DNA of 64,000 bases from Marsupella aquatica (taxonomy: Eukaryota > Plantae > Marchantiophyta). The position numbers and the translations under genes were made by a program. Below the pieces are notes generated by a model. That model did not search any database and was not told where the DNA came from. It saw nothing but the letters and a program-made list of their open reading frames with translations. How positions within the stretch are numbered: the stretch's first letter is position 1; each line of letters begins with the position of its first letter. The DNA is taken from assembly GCA_973895155.1 (NCBI GenBank), contig OZ316891.1:29804331-29868330 (forward strand). The letters run 5' to 3'. Shown here in pieces: positions 38,801 to 50,376 of this stretch.

Positions 38801-40438
38801 CTACAAAAATATGGCAGTGTGCCAATCCTAGTGTAATGTTTGTGACATTTGCCAAAGATCACAAAGGGAAAAAAAATTGTTTATTTAGAGTTGTCAAGTG
38901 GATCATTCTTTCACATTTCTTTTTTAAAGCCCAAATAGAGCTTTTTATTAGCCTATGCCTGAGTGCTTGCCCATTGACCTCTTTCATGTAACAACTTATT
39001 TTTCATAATAACTATTTTCCTTCGTGACATCTTTTAAGCAATGAACCCCTAAACACAACAATCTCTTTTGTGAAGCCATCTTCCGTCTCCTTTACACAAA
39101 GGTGTCTTTTACCCAAGTACCTCGTTCACTCAACAACTTCTGCTACTGTATGTTTCATGCAACCCACATCAACAATGCCTTTTCAGCAAGGATGTCTTAT
39201 GAAATGAAATCTTTAGTGCAACAACATCTTCTACATATGGACATCTTTGCGTAATAATATATTTTATGCCAGATCATTTTTTGTGCAGTGCACGCGGAAG
39301 GAGCTAGTAAAAAAAACAACCAAAGCCACAACTCCCCCATCAGTACCTCTCCATACAGAGTACTTTGATTCCATGTTCAATGGCACTACAGTACACTTGA
39401 AGGGTATGGGTGCACAATGAGACTGACCACGGTACACTCGTACTTTGTGGGTGCACAGTGAACCCCTGACCACGGTATGACTGTCGACAGTACAGTACTG
39501 GGGACTGTGCTATGAAATGGCCATTGAGATACCATATGGTATTCCACGCCACGGTACCTTATTGGACAATGATGTTAGCAGAGTTGATGAAAGAGGAGGG
39601 CTGGAATGGGGCACCCTGCTACTGGAGTGGGATGGGTTACAGTAGAGGGTTGCGTGCTGGGTTATTGAAGAGTGGTGGTCCCCACTTTCCAAGACTTTTT
39701 GGGGGGCATTTAATTTTTGTTTGGGAAAGCAATGCTTTACTTGTGAGAGAAAGCTACGAACCACAAGGTTAGACAAAAAATGGGGATTGGTCACTGCAAC
39801 CTGACTGGACTGTTTTCAAATGTTATTTTGAACTCAAATTAGTGTCTTTCCTTAGCATGAATGGTCACATTTGGGCTGCAAAAGTTACATCTGGGGTTGT
39901 ATGGTTACATATTGTGGTCCATACCCTCATCTTTCTCCTTTACTCACAGAGTTGTAGTGTACTGCATGCAATACATCAAACCAGTGCAAACCCACAATTG
40001 GTAACCACAAACTGCAAGAAGATGCCTATTGAGGCTGGAGCAGTTGACAAAGGTTACTAGAAGGTACTCTTGCTAGAACGTTGCTAAGCCAAGGCACTCA
40101 TCAAAGACATTGGTGCAAAAATATTATTTTTTCTTTGGGTATAAACATATTGTCCCTGGTTTCTTGGTTTCAGTACTTTTATGGCTAAGTGAAGGCTGGA
40201 GAGTCTGTTTACAAAGACTGCACGGTCAAATAGGTTAACAGATTTCAGGGGTGTCAAATTTCAACCATTTACACGGGAGAAAATGCAAAAGCTTGGACAG
40301 ACTAGGACAGATCCCAAACTTCAGTGCATTTAGATTCACTAGTACATAGACTGAGAGGTATTGACAAGCTGCCATGGGCCAACAAGTTAAAGACAATTTT
40401 ATGCATGGTAGCTTCCCACTACCTTTCAGGTTTTCAAT

Positions 40439-40733
40439 CTCGGGGGCCTCATTATATGGATGCCTCCTCATCGCCTGCGATGTTTTTTGGCCTTGGACCC
40501 CCTAAAATGTAAGATTTTTTTGATTTTTCAACCCCTATAAAGTTGGAATATTCTTGGAATACTCTAAAAATTTGGTTAGAAAGGCCCTAATGTTCTTATA
40601 AGTCTCAAAATTGAATTTAAAAGACCCTATTGTTCTTTTGCAAAAAATTTTAAGTCTTCCTTTCAAACCAATAAAATGACCTTATCTTTCGTCGCACATG
40701 ATGTGCCATTTTTGTCGAAGTGAAACCCCCAAG
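40439..40733. mobile_element. MITE family A (hAT-like), copy 2, with 8-bp TSD TTTTCAAT
   Basis: TIRs CTCGGGGG / CCCCCAAG; TTTTCAAT at both 40431-40438 and 40734-40741; homologous to 1866-2159. Confidence 0.85.
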
Positions 40734-43700
40734 TTTTCAATTATGACTATGACAAGCCCAAACAGTCATCCCGGTGGCTTGGAAGGCCCCTCTTTCATGT
40801 TGCTAGTACTTAATTCTAGGGCCTGGTTAGGTTAATTGGAGAAAAGCTTAACCATAGTTAAGGGCTGCTGAGGTTAGACTAATGGAGAGGGTTTAACCCA
40901 TAACCTAGCAAACCACAACCTGAGTTTGGATCCAACCTCTAAATAGGTGATTTATAAGCTTGGATGGATCTCCATCCAAACATATGAACCCTGATTGGAT
41001 CCCCAGTTCCTCTTGCTATAAAAGAAAGACTTTGTGCACTACATATATCAATATCCGTGCCAATGGGCAAAAACACGGAACCGGGAGACAGGGTAAATTT
41101 GTGTAAATGGGTTTCATATGTATGGTTCAATTAGATCCACAGAAGATTAGAGATCCTATTGTAGCAAGAGGTTTAATGGAATCGCATCTGAGCTTGTACA
41201 GTAGGTCGAGGAAGGTTAATTATAAGTTGTGTATCTTGTGGACAATAACTAAAACGTTTACTTGTTCTTCCCCTCCCTCTTGTTGTTAGGTGGGGTCAAT
41301 GGGGTATCAGGGCCCTCCTTTCCACATGGGAAAACACTTGAGGTGGGGACCATGGCATGAGGGAGTGGAGAGCCGGGAGAGCCACACACATGGTCCGCTT
41401 GTAAAAAGCGCTTCGAAACACCCTCTTATGTGGCACTTGACTGGTTTGATGTAAGACTCGTAAGGTGCTTTTTGGCCTTATTATTGGATGCCATGTGACG
41501 ACTTTGGACCTATTAAGTTAGGGACTCTATCATTAGGGGCCTTTTGGAGTAATTCACGGTCTTCTCATCACGTGAATATATGCCAACGCAATATCCCTCC
41601 TCCAGGTGAAGCATGAAAAACAAATCGAAAATTAGACCAAGTTGAGCATTTGAATAGATAAATAAAAGTAACTCCAAGTTGAGTTGATGCCAAGCTTCTT
41701 GCTACAGACAATGAATTTACTCCACATTACCCGTGCACTCTACAAGAGACTGACCGAGGTATTAATCTCCTTGCCGTCCATAGTTATCAGTTGTCGAAAA
41801 TTACAATTTTTAAGTGCTGGAAGCTAATCTAGGATATCGTTTGCTGAATATGTGATTTAGGCACCGATTTTATGAGCAGAATATACAAATGGAGTTTTAT
41901 TTCCTTTGTTAGTTTGATCTAGCCATCGTAACATACTTCATTGGTGTTGGACATTTTTGATATATTTTTACAAATTGAATATCAATGATTTATTGCAAGA
42001 TAAGAAGAGTTTTACACAAAAAGGAGAGGTGAAAGGTCCCTGAAGCACAGCAATCTACTCTCAAGGCCTAAAAGTACATTTCACAAAGAACTCCAGAGAT
42101 TGGATGACATGTGAAAGGCGAGCCTTGATGTATATAATAAAGTCTTGTTACATGACATTGTGTAGGCGCCAAAAAACTAGTAAAGTCTTGTTTACATGAC
42201 CTTGTGGCTTGTGTACTATAATGCGCCAAAAAAAAAGGGCTTCAGCTAAAGTTCCCTAGGAGTATTTTTTTTCCTAGGAGTATTAGTGGACATAATACTT
42301 TGGTAGCACTACTTTAACACACATAAAAGCCTTAGAGAAATTATTTTTACAAATTTTAGTAAAAGTATAACAGAGTCTTCATAGCAAAATCTTGACTCTG
42401 AACTCGTCTAAAAAATGCCCTGAAAATTACAAACACAGAAATATCAAGAAGGGCATTAAGGAATATTTTGGTTTTAGAGCATAGCTTAACCATGATTAAG
42501 GGATGCAGAGGATGGACTAGTGAAGAGGGCTTATACCTTGAGTAACATTTGATTGTGTTCATTCTAGAGAGTACTCTTCAAGAATTGAATTGGAGAGAAA
42601 GAAGAAGAACTTTCATGGAGCATATTAACTTGTCAGGCTACAGTGGTCGTAGGCTATGAGGACGTAGTGATTTCCTTTCTCAGCTGTGGACATAGCCCAT
42701 TACAGTCGGCTTTCCACAAATGCAAAACCCATAAGTGCAAAATCTGGATAATTGCAAGGTATATTGTTTACCAGATTCATTCTTTTCTTCATAAGTGCAC
42801 ATTCTAGGGGTTCCACCTACAGTTAGTGCAAACCCCCCTTTAGTGCACAGGGTGCTTCCTCCCAGTGCGACTTTCTGTTGTTGGGTTGTGGCGAACAATC
42901 ATGTAGAGTAGAGTAGAGTAGAGTAGAGTAGAGTAGGGGAGGGAGAGCGCAGCCCCCAGAGTACAGCACATTTTGAAGGCAGTGCTTGTTCTTTGGGGCC
43001 GCTCAGTAAAAATGAAAACTTTTTCTTTGGGAACGGGTCCCATTAAGTAACTTTCTTCCTCCGGTTCCCCTTCTCCCAAAAAGGATTTTAAAATTCATTC
43101 ATTCATTCCGCCGTATTAAATAAATATTATTTTCCATTTTTGTCTAAGTCACACCTCACAACTCTTGACTGTACCTTTGATCCCACGAAATTGGCAGGTG
43201 GTCGTCATGATGAACTATACGGGATGACGTTGTCCACTCCTCTGATGAGACAGCAGATCCACTTTTCAACTTGCCCCAAAATGTACAGCCATAGGGGCCC
43301 ATTCAGGGGCCCATTCTGGGGCCCACAAATGCTTAAAATAATGGAAAGTAAAAGCTCATCCAACAAAGATAATTTACTGGATGGACAGGTAGGGCCCCCC
43401 AAGAGGAAGCAAACAGCACAAGAACAACAGACTGGTACATAGATATTCCCTATCAATCATTGGTGGAATTAACCCATCGTATAAAGCTGATTTGTAAGGT
43501 AAGTTTCTACGTTAAACTAAAGCTTATTTTAGTATGCGAGATTATTGGTTGGTGTCGAATGTATGAGCCAACTGAAGTAAGTTTCTAGCAATACTTAGTA
43601 AGAATAATGAAGTCTGTAAGTTTCTCTGAAAAGAAGTCCGGGTGAATCACAACGTTTGATAAACCACTTGAATACATCATGGTACCGTGGAACGTGGATG

Positions 43701-44949
43701 GACCATTCTCAAACAATTTGAACTCAAATAGTATAGGTGGTCTCAAAACGCTGCTGGGTCCATCCCAATTGCATGATTAAACATTGTGTTCCATTCAAGC
43801 ATTTCTTCAAGTTTCTCTACGTTATGAATGAAACTAACTAATTCTGTTGAGAAGCTTCGTTTGTTTGGGTCATGGGGTAACTGGGCCACTACTGTAGCTG
43901 CCCTGATAAATTCAGATTAGTACTTAGTGGCTTCTCGTGACCCAACAGCCAAGAAAGAGTCAGCTCATTCGGCTGGCCTCCTCCAGTGGAGGGTGGTTTG
44001 AAAACTCCCAAGTCACCCCTCTAATAAGCTACCATATGGCTTCACAAAACTTGCACTGTAGGATGATATCGTGGATTTTTTGGGGTAGGGTGCGGTGGGG
44101 TGGGCAGGAGGAGGAGAGCAAGACAGTATTACCGGTAGCAATAAATTAGTTAAAGCAAACAAACCCACCTTCATCAGGCAATGTGCTTTGCCAGAAGTAC
44201 TTTTGATAGCCCCTCTATGGTTTCCTATACATTCTCTCTCATATTTTTCCGTCACTATTATCAACTAAGATTTGGTACAGTGCTAAGCAGCACCTCTGAA
44301 TTGAGGGGTATAACAGAGTACTCAGTAAGACTGGATAAGGAGTTTTGACTGAAGGGGAGATTTTCAAGACAATGGGGGCCCAAAGCAAGGGGGGCTGGGG
44401 GAGATTGCATACACAAAAACTAAAATGCCTGAGATAATAAATGTAAGACCCTGAATAGAAATGGCCCATTGGTCCATTCTTTCAGAAAACCTAAGGGGTC
44501 ATCTAAGTTTTTGACAAAATAAGGATGGTAACATCAGCTAAAAAAAGGGGCCTGCTAGTGGGTAACTAGGATAGGTTCTGGTTTTGCCTGATTGTGCCGC
44601 CAAGTTCATGCAAAGTGAAGTCTGGCCAACTCCCATATTCTAATGCTAGGACTGCAGCTCAGACTTAGTAAAAAGAACTATCGCCCAGTTTGCATAAAGC
44701 CACCCTGAGTGTGCAATAATCACACAATTTATTGGGATTTTGGACATAATGATTTAGTTTTTAGATTAGTAGATAGAAAATCTGAGGTCACTCTCGTTCC
44801 ATTGCTAGAGCTCTAGTCTAGAGGCCCTTTGATAAAATAAAATACATATGTAGTAGAATTACACTCTTTCTAGCATTTAGTATCGCACAATCTTACACCT
44901 GCCCCACTTCTAGTTAAGTTGCCTCCTGGTTATCTAGATACTTAGCTTG

Positions 44950-45175
44950 AATATTAAATGATAGAGGATGGATCTGCTGAATTTGTTGCTCCTTTGCTTG
45001 CAGCAAAATTTGGATGTCAAAAGAGCTTCATTTGCCTCCACGACATTTGGTCCTGCCACAGAAATACGACTTTGTGGTGAGGAATATTAAGTGATAGAGG
45101 ATCGACCTGCTGAATTTGTTGCTCCTTCGCTTGCAACAAAGCTTCGGATGTCAAAAGAGCTTCATTTGCCTCCAC
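44950..45175. repeat. ~90-bp direct duplication
   Basis: GAATATTAA(A/G)TGATAGAGGAT..CTGCTGAATTTGTTGCTCC..GGATGTCAAAAGAGCTTCATTTGCCTCCAC at 44950 and 45082. Confidence 0.85.
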
Positions 45176-46055
45176 AAAGTTTGGTCCGGCCACTGAATCA
45201 GAGGTTCGAGGTGAGGATTCCAACCAAGCAACTTCCCTCGGCAGCTGTTTCACTAAGACTTTGTCATTGATCAACTAAATACCACCGTCAGAGCGAAACC
45301 CCACAACAGATTGATTTAGGGTAGAATAGTTTAGAACCTGTCTAGGGGATGGGTCCCTTGGTCTTACCGCCTACACTGCAACGATGACAGGGCAAGTAGA
45401 TCAGCTCTACGAATCTGTTTCAGATTGTTGGGTAGGCACACAAAAGAAATCACTCAGTGATAAAAATCTCAGCACATGTGTGCTTGGGGCTGTTTTGGCT
45501 AGTAAGAGTACGCGGTTTAGGGTTCAGTAAACCTGCAAAATTCAACAAAATTTTGGGAATCTTCGGACCAAGAGGCAGCCAACTTCAAGTCTAGTTCTCG
45601 TGTGGCCGACGATCAGAATTGAGTGCTTTTGTGACAGCCGGCCAGCCATTACAATCATAACTATATATGCTCACTGAAAGTGATTTTGACGTCCACTCTT
45701 GTTTTCGGCCGGTGGTGTTCAACAGAAAGGATGGATAGTTTGACTTGGGTATGGGAGCTGCTGGAGTCCTACCAACTGGAATATCTGCATGACAATTTGG
45801 TGAAGCAGTACTAGGAGACAAGGGAGAATACCTACGGAAGGTACGTTCGGGACCCTTTCTTTTCCTTAATTAGCATGCTATTGACAGCTAGTGACAATCT
45901 AGAAATTGATCAGAGTTTGAAATTATATGGACGAATTCGTTTGACAGGTGCCGCCAGAATGATTCTATGCAAACACCGTCCAGCTTGTATCTTGCGAAAG
46001 GTTTGACAGGTTATTAGAAAGTGGCCATAGTCTTCTACTTATATCCAGATGGGAC

Positions 46056-46720
46056 GTGCAGATCAATGACATTGTTTACAAAATTCGCAATCTGGGAGTC
46101 TCAGAATTACTGCCGGACCAAATTCCTGCAATGGAATTTGTGTTTTTCCATGGTCTGCAGCTATTGTCCACTTCCAATTCCAACCAGAAGACTCATATGC
46201 TCAAAACATGGGTCTTGCATGACAAAAAGCAATGCTAGGTGCCTTGGCTATTTGAAATTTTTCCTTAGGCGCGCATCCTTGTCACTTCCTACGATGCAAT
46301 GGTCCATGACCGGCAGGGGCCAAGACATGTATATAAACTGTGAAAATTTGCTACAAAATTTGTTCGACGCAGGTGTAGGCCAGAATGGTTGCCCTCTAGT
46401 GCTTGTGCGATATTGCTTAGGGGGGCTAGTGATGAAACAACTGTGCTCTTATGCAAAAGCCATGGTCGGCCAAAGGTATGCAGAGAAACTGCATAATTTT
46501 CTGAATTGTTTGAAAGGACTGTTCTTCTATGTGACTCCTACCTCGGATCAATGGTGACAAGTCCAACAAAAAGCCCCTCACAACACCATTGGCAAGGAAT
46601 TAGATTTGTTAGTAAGGAGACTGCCGGACTCAATGATCACTTTTCTTTGTTAGGAAAGTCAAGACAGTGGACCACATATGGACTTTGTGAAGGGCACGAA
46701 GTAGATCTGGTAACGGGTCT
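46056..46720 (+). pseudogene. Pseudogenised alpha/beta-hydrolase (SERAC1/DUF676-like) domain, of the kind found N-terminal in bryophyte hydrolase-NLRs
   Basis: Across frames: EFVFFHGLQ..TW..C*VPWL..FP*ARILVTSYDA, ENLLQNL..AGVGQNGCPLVLVRYCLGGLVMKQLC (degenerate GHSLGGL), FLNCLKGLFFYVTP-LGS. Contains stops and frameshifts; no NB-ARC seen. Confidence 0.75.
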
Positions 46721-47220
46721 GGTAAGCATCCTCTTCATTACACCTCTCTCTAAATCTTCGGAGATTGCTGAGGACTGAGGTGCTCACTGAGTGGGACAAT
46801 GGAATCTAACAATTGGTGACATTGAGAACATCTCCAAATAGTCACTCTAGAACATAGATTCTTTTGCCCATTTTGGCTTGTTAGTAATGATGGTTCACAA
46901 TCATTCTCTCATCAATGCTTGGTCACAAGATGGCCTAACAAAAAAACAAACCAGGTGTTGGTGAAGTCTAGACTTTTAGAACTACATTTTGATTTCTTTT
47001 GGAACCTTGGATATTGATTCATCTTTATACACTATGATACTTTTCTAAGGCGTGTTGGATCCAGCATAATTATTGTCTGCACTTTTTTAGGAGAGGACCT
47101 CTGATTCAGACTTGCCAGAGCAATCTGATATTTACTGATGTGCACTTAATTGCCTGCAGAAGTGATTACTGTTTCAAAGTACTACAGTAAAATTATTAGC
47201 AACAAGTGTACAGAGTTCCA

Positions 47221-47433
47221 TTAAACCACACCTGCCCCTATAAAGGGCTACGGGTAACCCGTAGCTCTCATTCTAAGAAGTAGAAATTCAAAAATGGGCC
47301 TTGAGCTCCACAAAAGGTGCTGACTGCAAAACCTTTTTTTGGCAAGTACTTCACAAAACGTGCTAGTGTTCCACCTTTTATGGTGAGTAGTGAGACATGG
47401 AATGAGGCTTTTATAGTGGCAGGTGTGGTTTAA
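47221..47433. mobile_element. MITE family C, intact copy
   Basis: TTAA-ACCACACCTGCC..GGCAGGTGTGGT-TTAA, about 24 bp of inverted end including TTAA; homologous to the split copy at 10641/15592. Confidence 0.92.
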
Positions 47434-47613
47434 GAGAGATATATAGTTGATGGACCCCTAAATTAAAATGTCTTACTTAATAACTTAATAGACCCCATGA
47501 GACCACCTGAGCTTTTGGGTACATTGATTTGAGATCTATCTACTGTCTGGATCACTCATGGGTCCATCAAAAAACACTTTACATTTTGGGGGTCCATCAA
47601 GTAAATGTCTCTC
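47434..47613. mobile_element. MITE family D, copy 2
   Basis: TIRs GAGAGATATATAGTTGATGGACCCC / GGGGTCCATCAAGTAAATGTCTCTC; the internal part also matches 35720-35811. Confidence 0.8.
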
Positions 47614-47623
47614 CATTAACATT

Positions 47624-47777
47624 ATATACACTACTTAGATTTGTCACTCTTGGAAATGAAACACACGCTTAAACAGGAGACTGTCTGAAACCATTAACTA
47701 TACACTACTTAGATTACAGTGTTGGAAATGAAACACATGGAAATGAAACACACACTTAAACCAGAGACTGTCTGAAG
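47624..47777. repeat. Tandem ~75-bp duplication
   Basis: TATACACTACTTAGATT..TTGGAAATGAAACAC..CTTAAAC..GAGACTGTCTGAA occurs twice. Confidence 0.8.
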
Positions 47778-48940
47778 AGAAAGAGGGGGGCGAGATGGCG
47801 GGCGGGGGACGAGAGAGAGAGGTATTGCAATTGTAGACTTCCTGTTGCGTGTCTGCAGAGAAACTCGTCATGAGCGACTGTAGGTGGAAGGGAAGAAAAT
47901 TTTGCATCGGGAGCGAGGACTACGGCAGTGGAAGGTGTTGAAGGATGATGGCGAATTCACGTAGGATGCAGCCGGATTTAGACTTCGCACTGGGAAGATG
48001 ATGACGAGCAGAAGATTGGGACTGCGGACGGAGCCTTTCCACAGGACTGGTGACCAGATATCGGACGTTCGCGCTGCCGTCAATTTGTAGAAGGTTCGAT
48101 TTCTTGGGCCTCGAATGGAATGCTGGCATCCCACAATGTTCACTCTGTTTCAGAGTTGGCTATGGAAGTGGTATCAACAGTTACTAGTGGGAGATTGTCG
48201 ATTATCATTGCCTTCGTGCGAATGCTTGCAATGTCTGCCTTTCTTCATGCTTGAGTTTCGTCTGAATTCGAACTCGATTCAGTACAAGTTGCGTTCGCCT
48301 TCAGTTCATCGTCACGAGTGCTAGCTGTACTTGACTCCGTCCACCCCTCGTGCCACCGCAATTGCTGTACGTGGCTCTGTCTGACCTGACTTGAGATTCT
48401 CACTATGGTATTTATCCTAGTGATTATGGATTCCGACTGTGTATTCCCTCATATTCCGATTGCCTATGTCCTTTCAATCCTTCGCCAAATTGGCCGTAGG
48501 GATCTATGGATCGCTGCTATTATAGTCCGGTAAACTAGGGATTGCCCTCCGCGTTGGTTTGCGGATTGAATGTACTATATACTGCTCTCGCAGTTCATTC
48601 GAGTCTAAGCGTCCCCTTCCAGCATAGCGAACTAACGTGAGGCAATTTATCGGTACCGTATGGAACGTGTCGTGCATCTCTCCTCGAGAACACCAACCCT
48701 CAGAAGAGCAACTACGCGTATAGATATACCTCTCAAGTTTATTGCGGTGCCTTTCACCCTGCAATTTGCCTAGTTTGTCTGTATAAACTCAATGGCCTGT
48801 ATGCGGAGTTTCCTTGGGGTTGGTCAAGCTTTGGGCATTGATTACGGATGTCCCTACTGCAACCAGTTTTAACTCCGCTATCGTCTCACACAGAACTGCG
48901 ACCTTCTCTTTCGTGTGCAAGCAGACTGGTGTGTCTGTGT

Positions 48941-50354
48941 TCTTTCTTTCAATTGAGATCTATGCCACCTAGTACATTCATTCGTGGGCCCAAATTGACC
49001 CGCAGCCCGAAACCCTAATATGTCGGAAGTATAGGTTGATGATAGGTAAATGATCACCATGAAGTTGCTTGCGTTACTCCAGAGACTGTTTGCACATTCC
49101 TACAGGAGCAGTGCAGTGCTAACAACCAATCTTATCCGAGAATTGACACAGTAGACATGAATTTAGCATGCAGCCATTATGCAATGTTTCTTTTAGGTTC
49201 GCGTATATGTGGTTGTACGAGAGAATTGCTGGAAGAGAAATGATGGAGTCATGGAGGCATAAAGAATGGGGACTGATTGGTGTGTTCGTTGCGGCAGATT
49301 CTGGTCGCTAATAGCACAAAGAATACTAGCTGGGAAATAGGTTGGCAACAATGAATGGTGTGAGGTGAAACATCACACTGTGTGGAAGGAAATTGTTCCA
49401 GAGGCCACGGTGGGCAGTAGAATGGGAAACAGTGAGTCAGTAATCATAATTCCGGAGGAATTCTTGCAATCCAATTTGCTGCAAAAGCTGGTTCATTAGA
49501 TGTCCAACAAGCAATATACGAGTGGAAGACTATAAAGCAAGTTCTTCACGGGGGATCCCACCAGTAGGAGGAAAGTTGATTTGGGAGGAAGAAGTAACAA
49601 AGAGAGGGATCGGCAAAAACTTCTAGACGAAGCTCGGCTCGAGTGGGAGCAAAGAAAGCGTGTTCGCGTACAAAAACAAAGTGCGAGTAGGATACAGGTA
49701 TTTCTTTTAACAACTCGTATCGATTTCATTGAGTTTCGTCCTCGAACTTTGCATTGTCTGCGATTATGGCTCAGGACTGGCTCGTTTCCTCTGTGGAATT
49801 TGTGACTGCACTGGACAAGAATGTACTCGGGCGGACTACGAGTCTCGAGTCTCTTTTTGGCTATATTGATGAGGCTATTCTGTTTTGAATTGATGCACTC
49901 TTCTGAGAATCACGCAGAGCATCAGTTGCTGAGCTGGGAGTAAAAATCTGATTGAGGATAAAGAGGATTAAAGCTCCCTGTTATGATAAAATTTATTTTG
50001 TTTTTTATATAGTGAAGTTGATAAGTTACTTTATGACTAGTCAACCCTTTGTAGGTTTCCCTTAACAGTGGCCATGTTTAACACTTGACAAATTACTCAC
50101 GACGATATAAAATTCTGTAGTCATCCCTTTAGACTGGTCAAGTCTGACAGTTCACATGTTACTAATGACGATTCATGACTCTGTAGTCTTCGTTCTAAGA
50201 CTGGTCAGGTTGACCCGACATGGAAATGGGTATGGAGATGAACATGAATTACCTTATTACTGCTTTATACAAATGTGCGTTTGTCCTACCGTCACGTCTT
50301 TCTTTCAATTGAGATCTATGCCACCTAGTATATTGATTCGTGGGCCCAAACTGA
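48941..50354 (+). repeat. 58-bp direct repeat (48941-48998 and 50297-50354) bracketing the UPL6 remnant
   Basis: TCTTTCTTTCAATTGAGATCTATGCCACCTAGTA(C/T)ATT(C/G)ATTCGTGGGCCCAAA(T/C)TGA, 3 mismatches. Confidence 0.95.
49539..49697 (+). pseudogene. UPL6: Orphan first coding exon of a UPL6-like HECT E3 ubiquitin ligase (start ATG changed to AAG)
   Basis: Reads (K)FFTGDPTSRRKVDLGGRSNKERDRQKLLDEARLEWEQRKRVRVQKQSASRIQ, then GT. This matches the UPL6 N-terminus as I recall it (MFFSGDPSTRKRVDLGGRS.KERD.QKLLE..R.ER..). No further UPL6 exons were found in the window. Confidence 0.85.
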
Positions 50355-50376
50355 TGTGGTGCTGGAGCAGAAGAAG

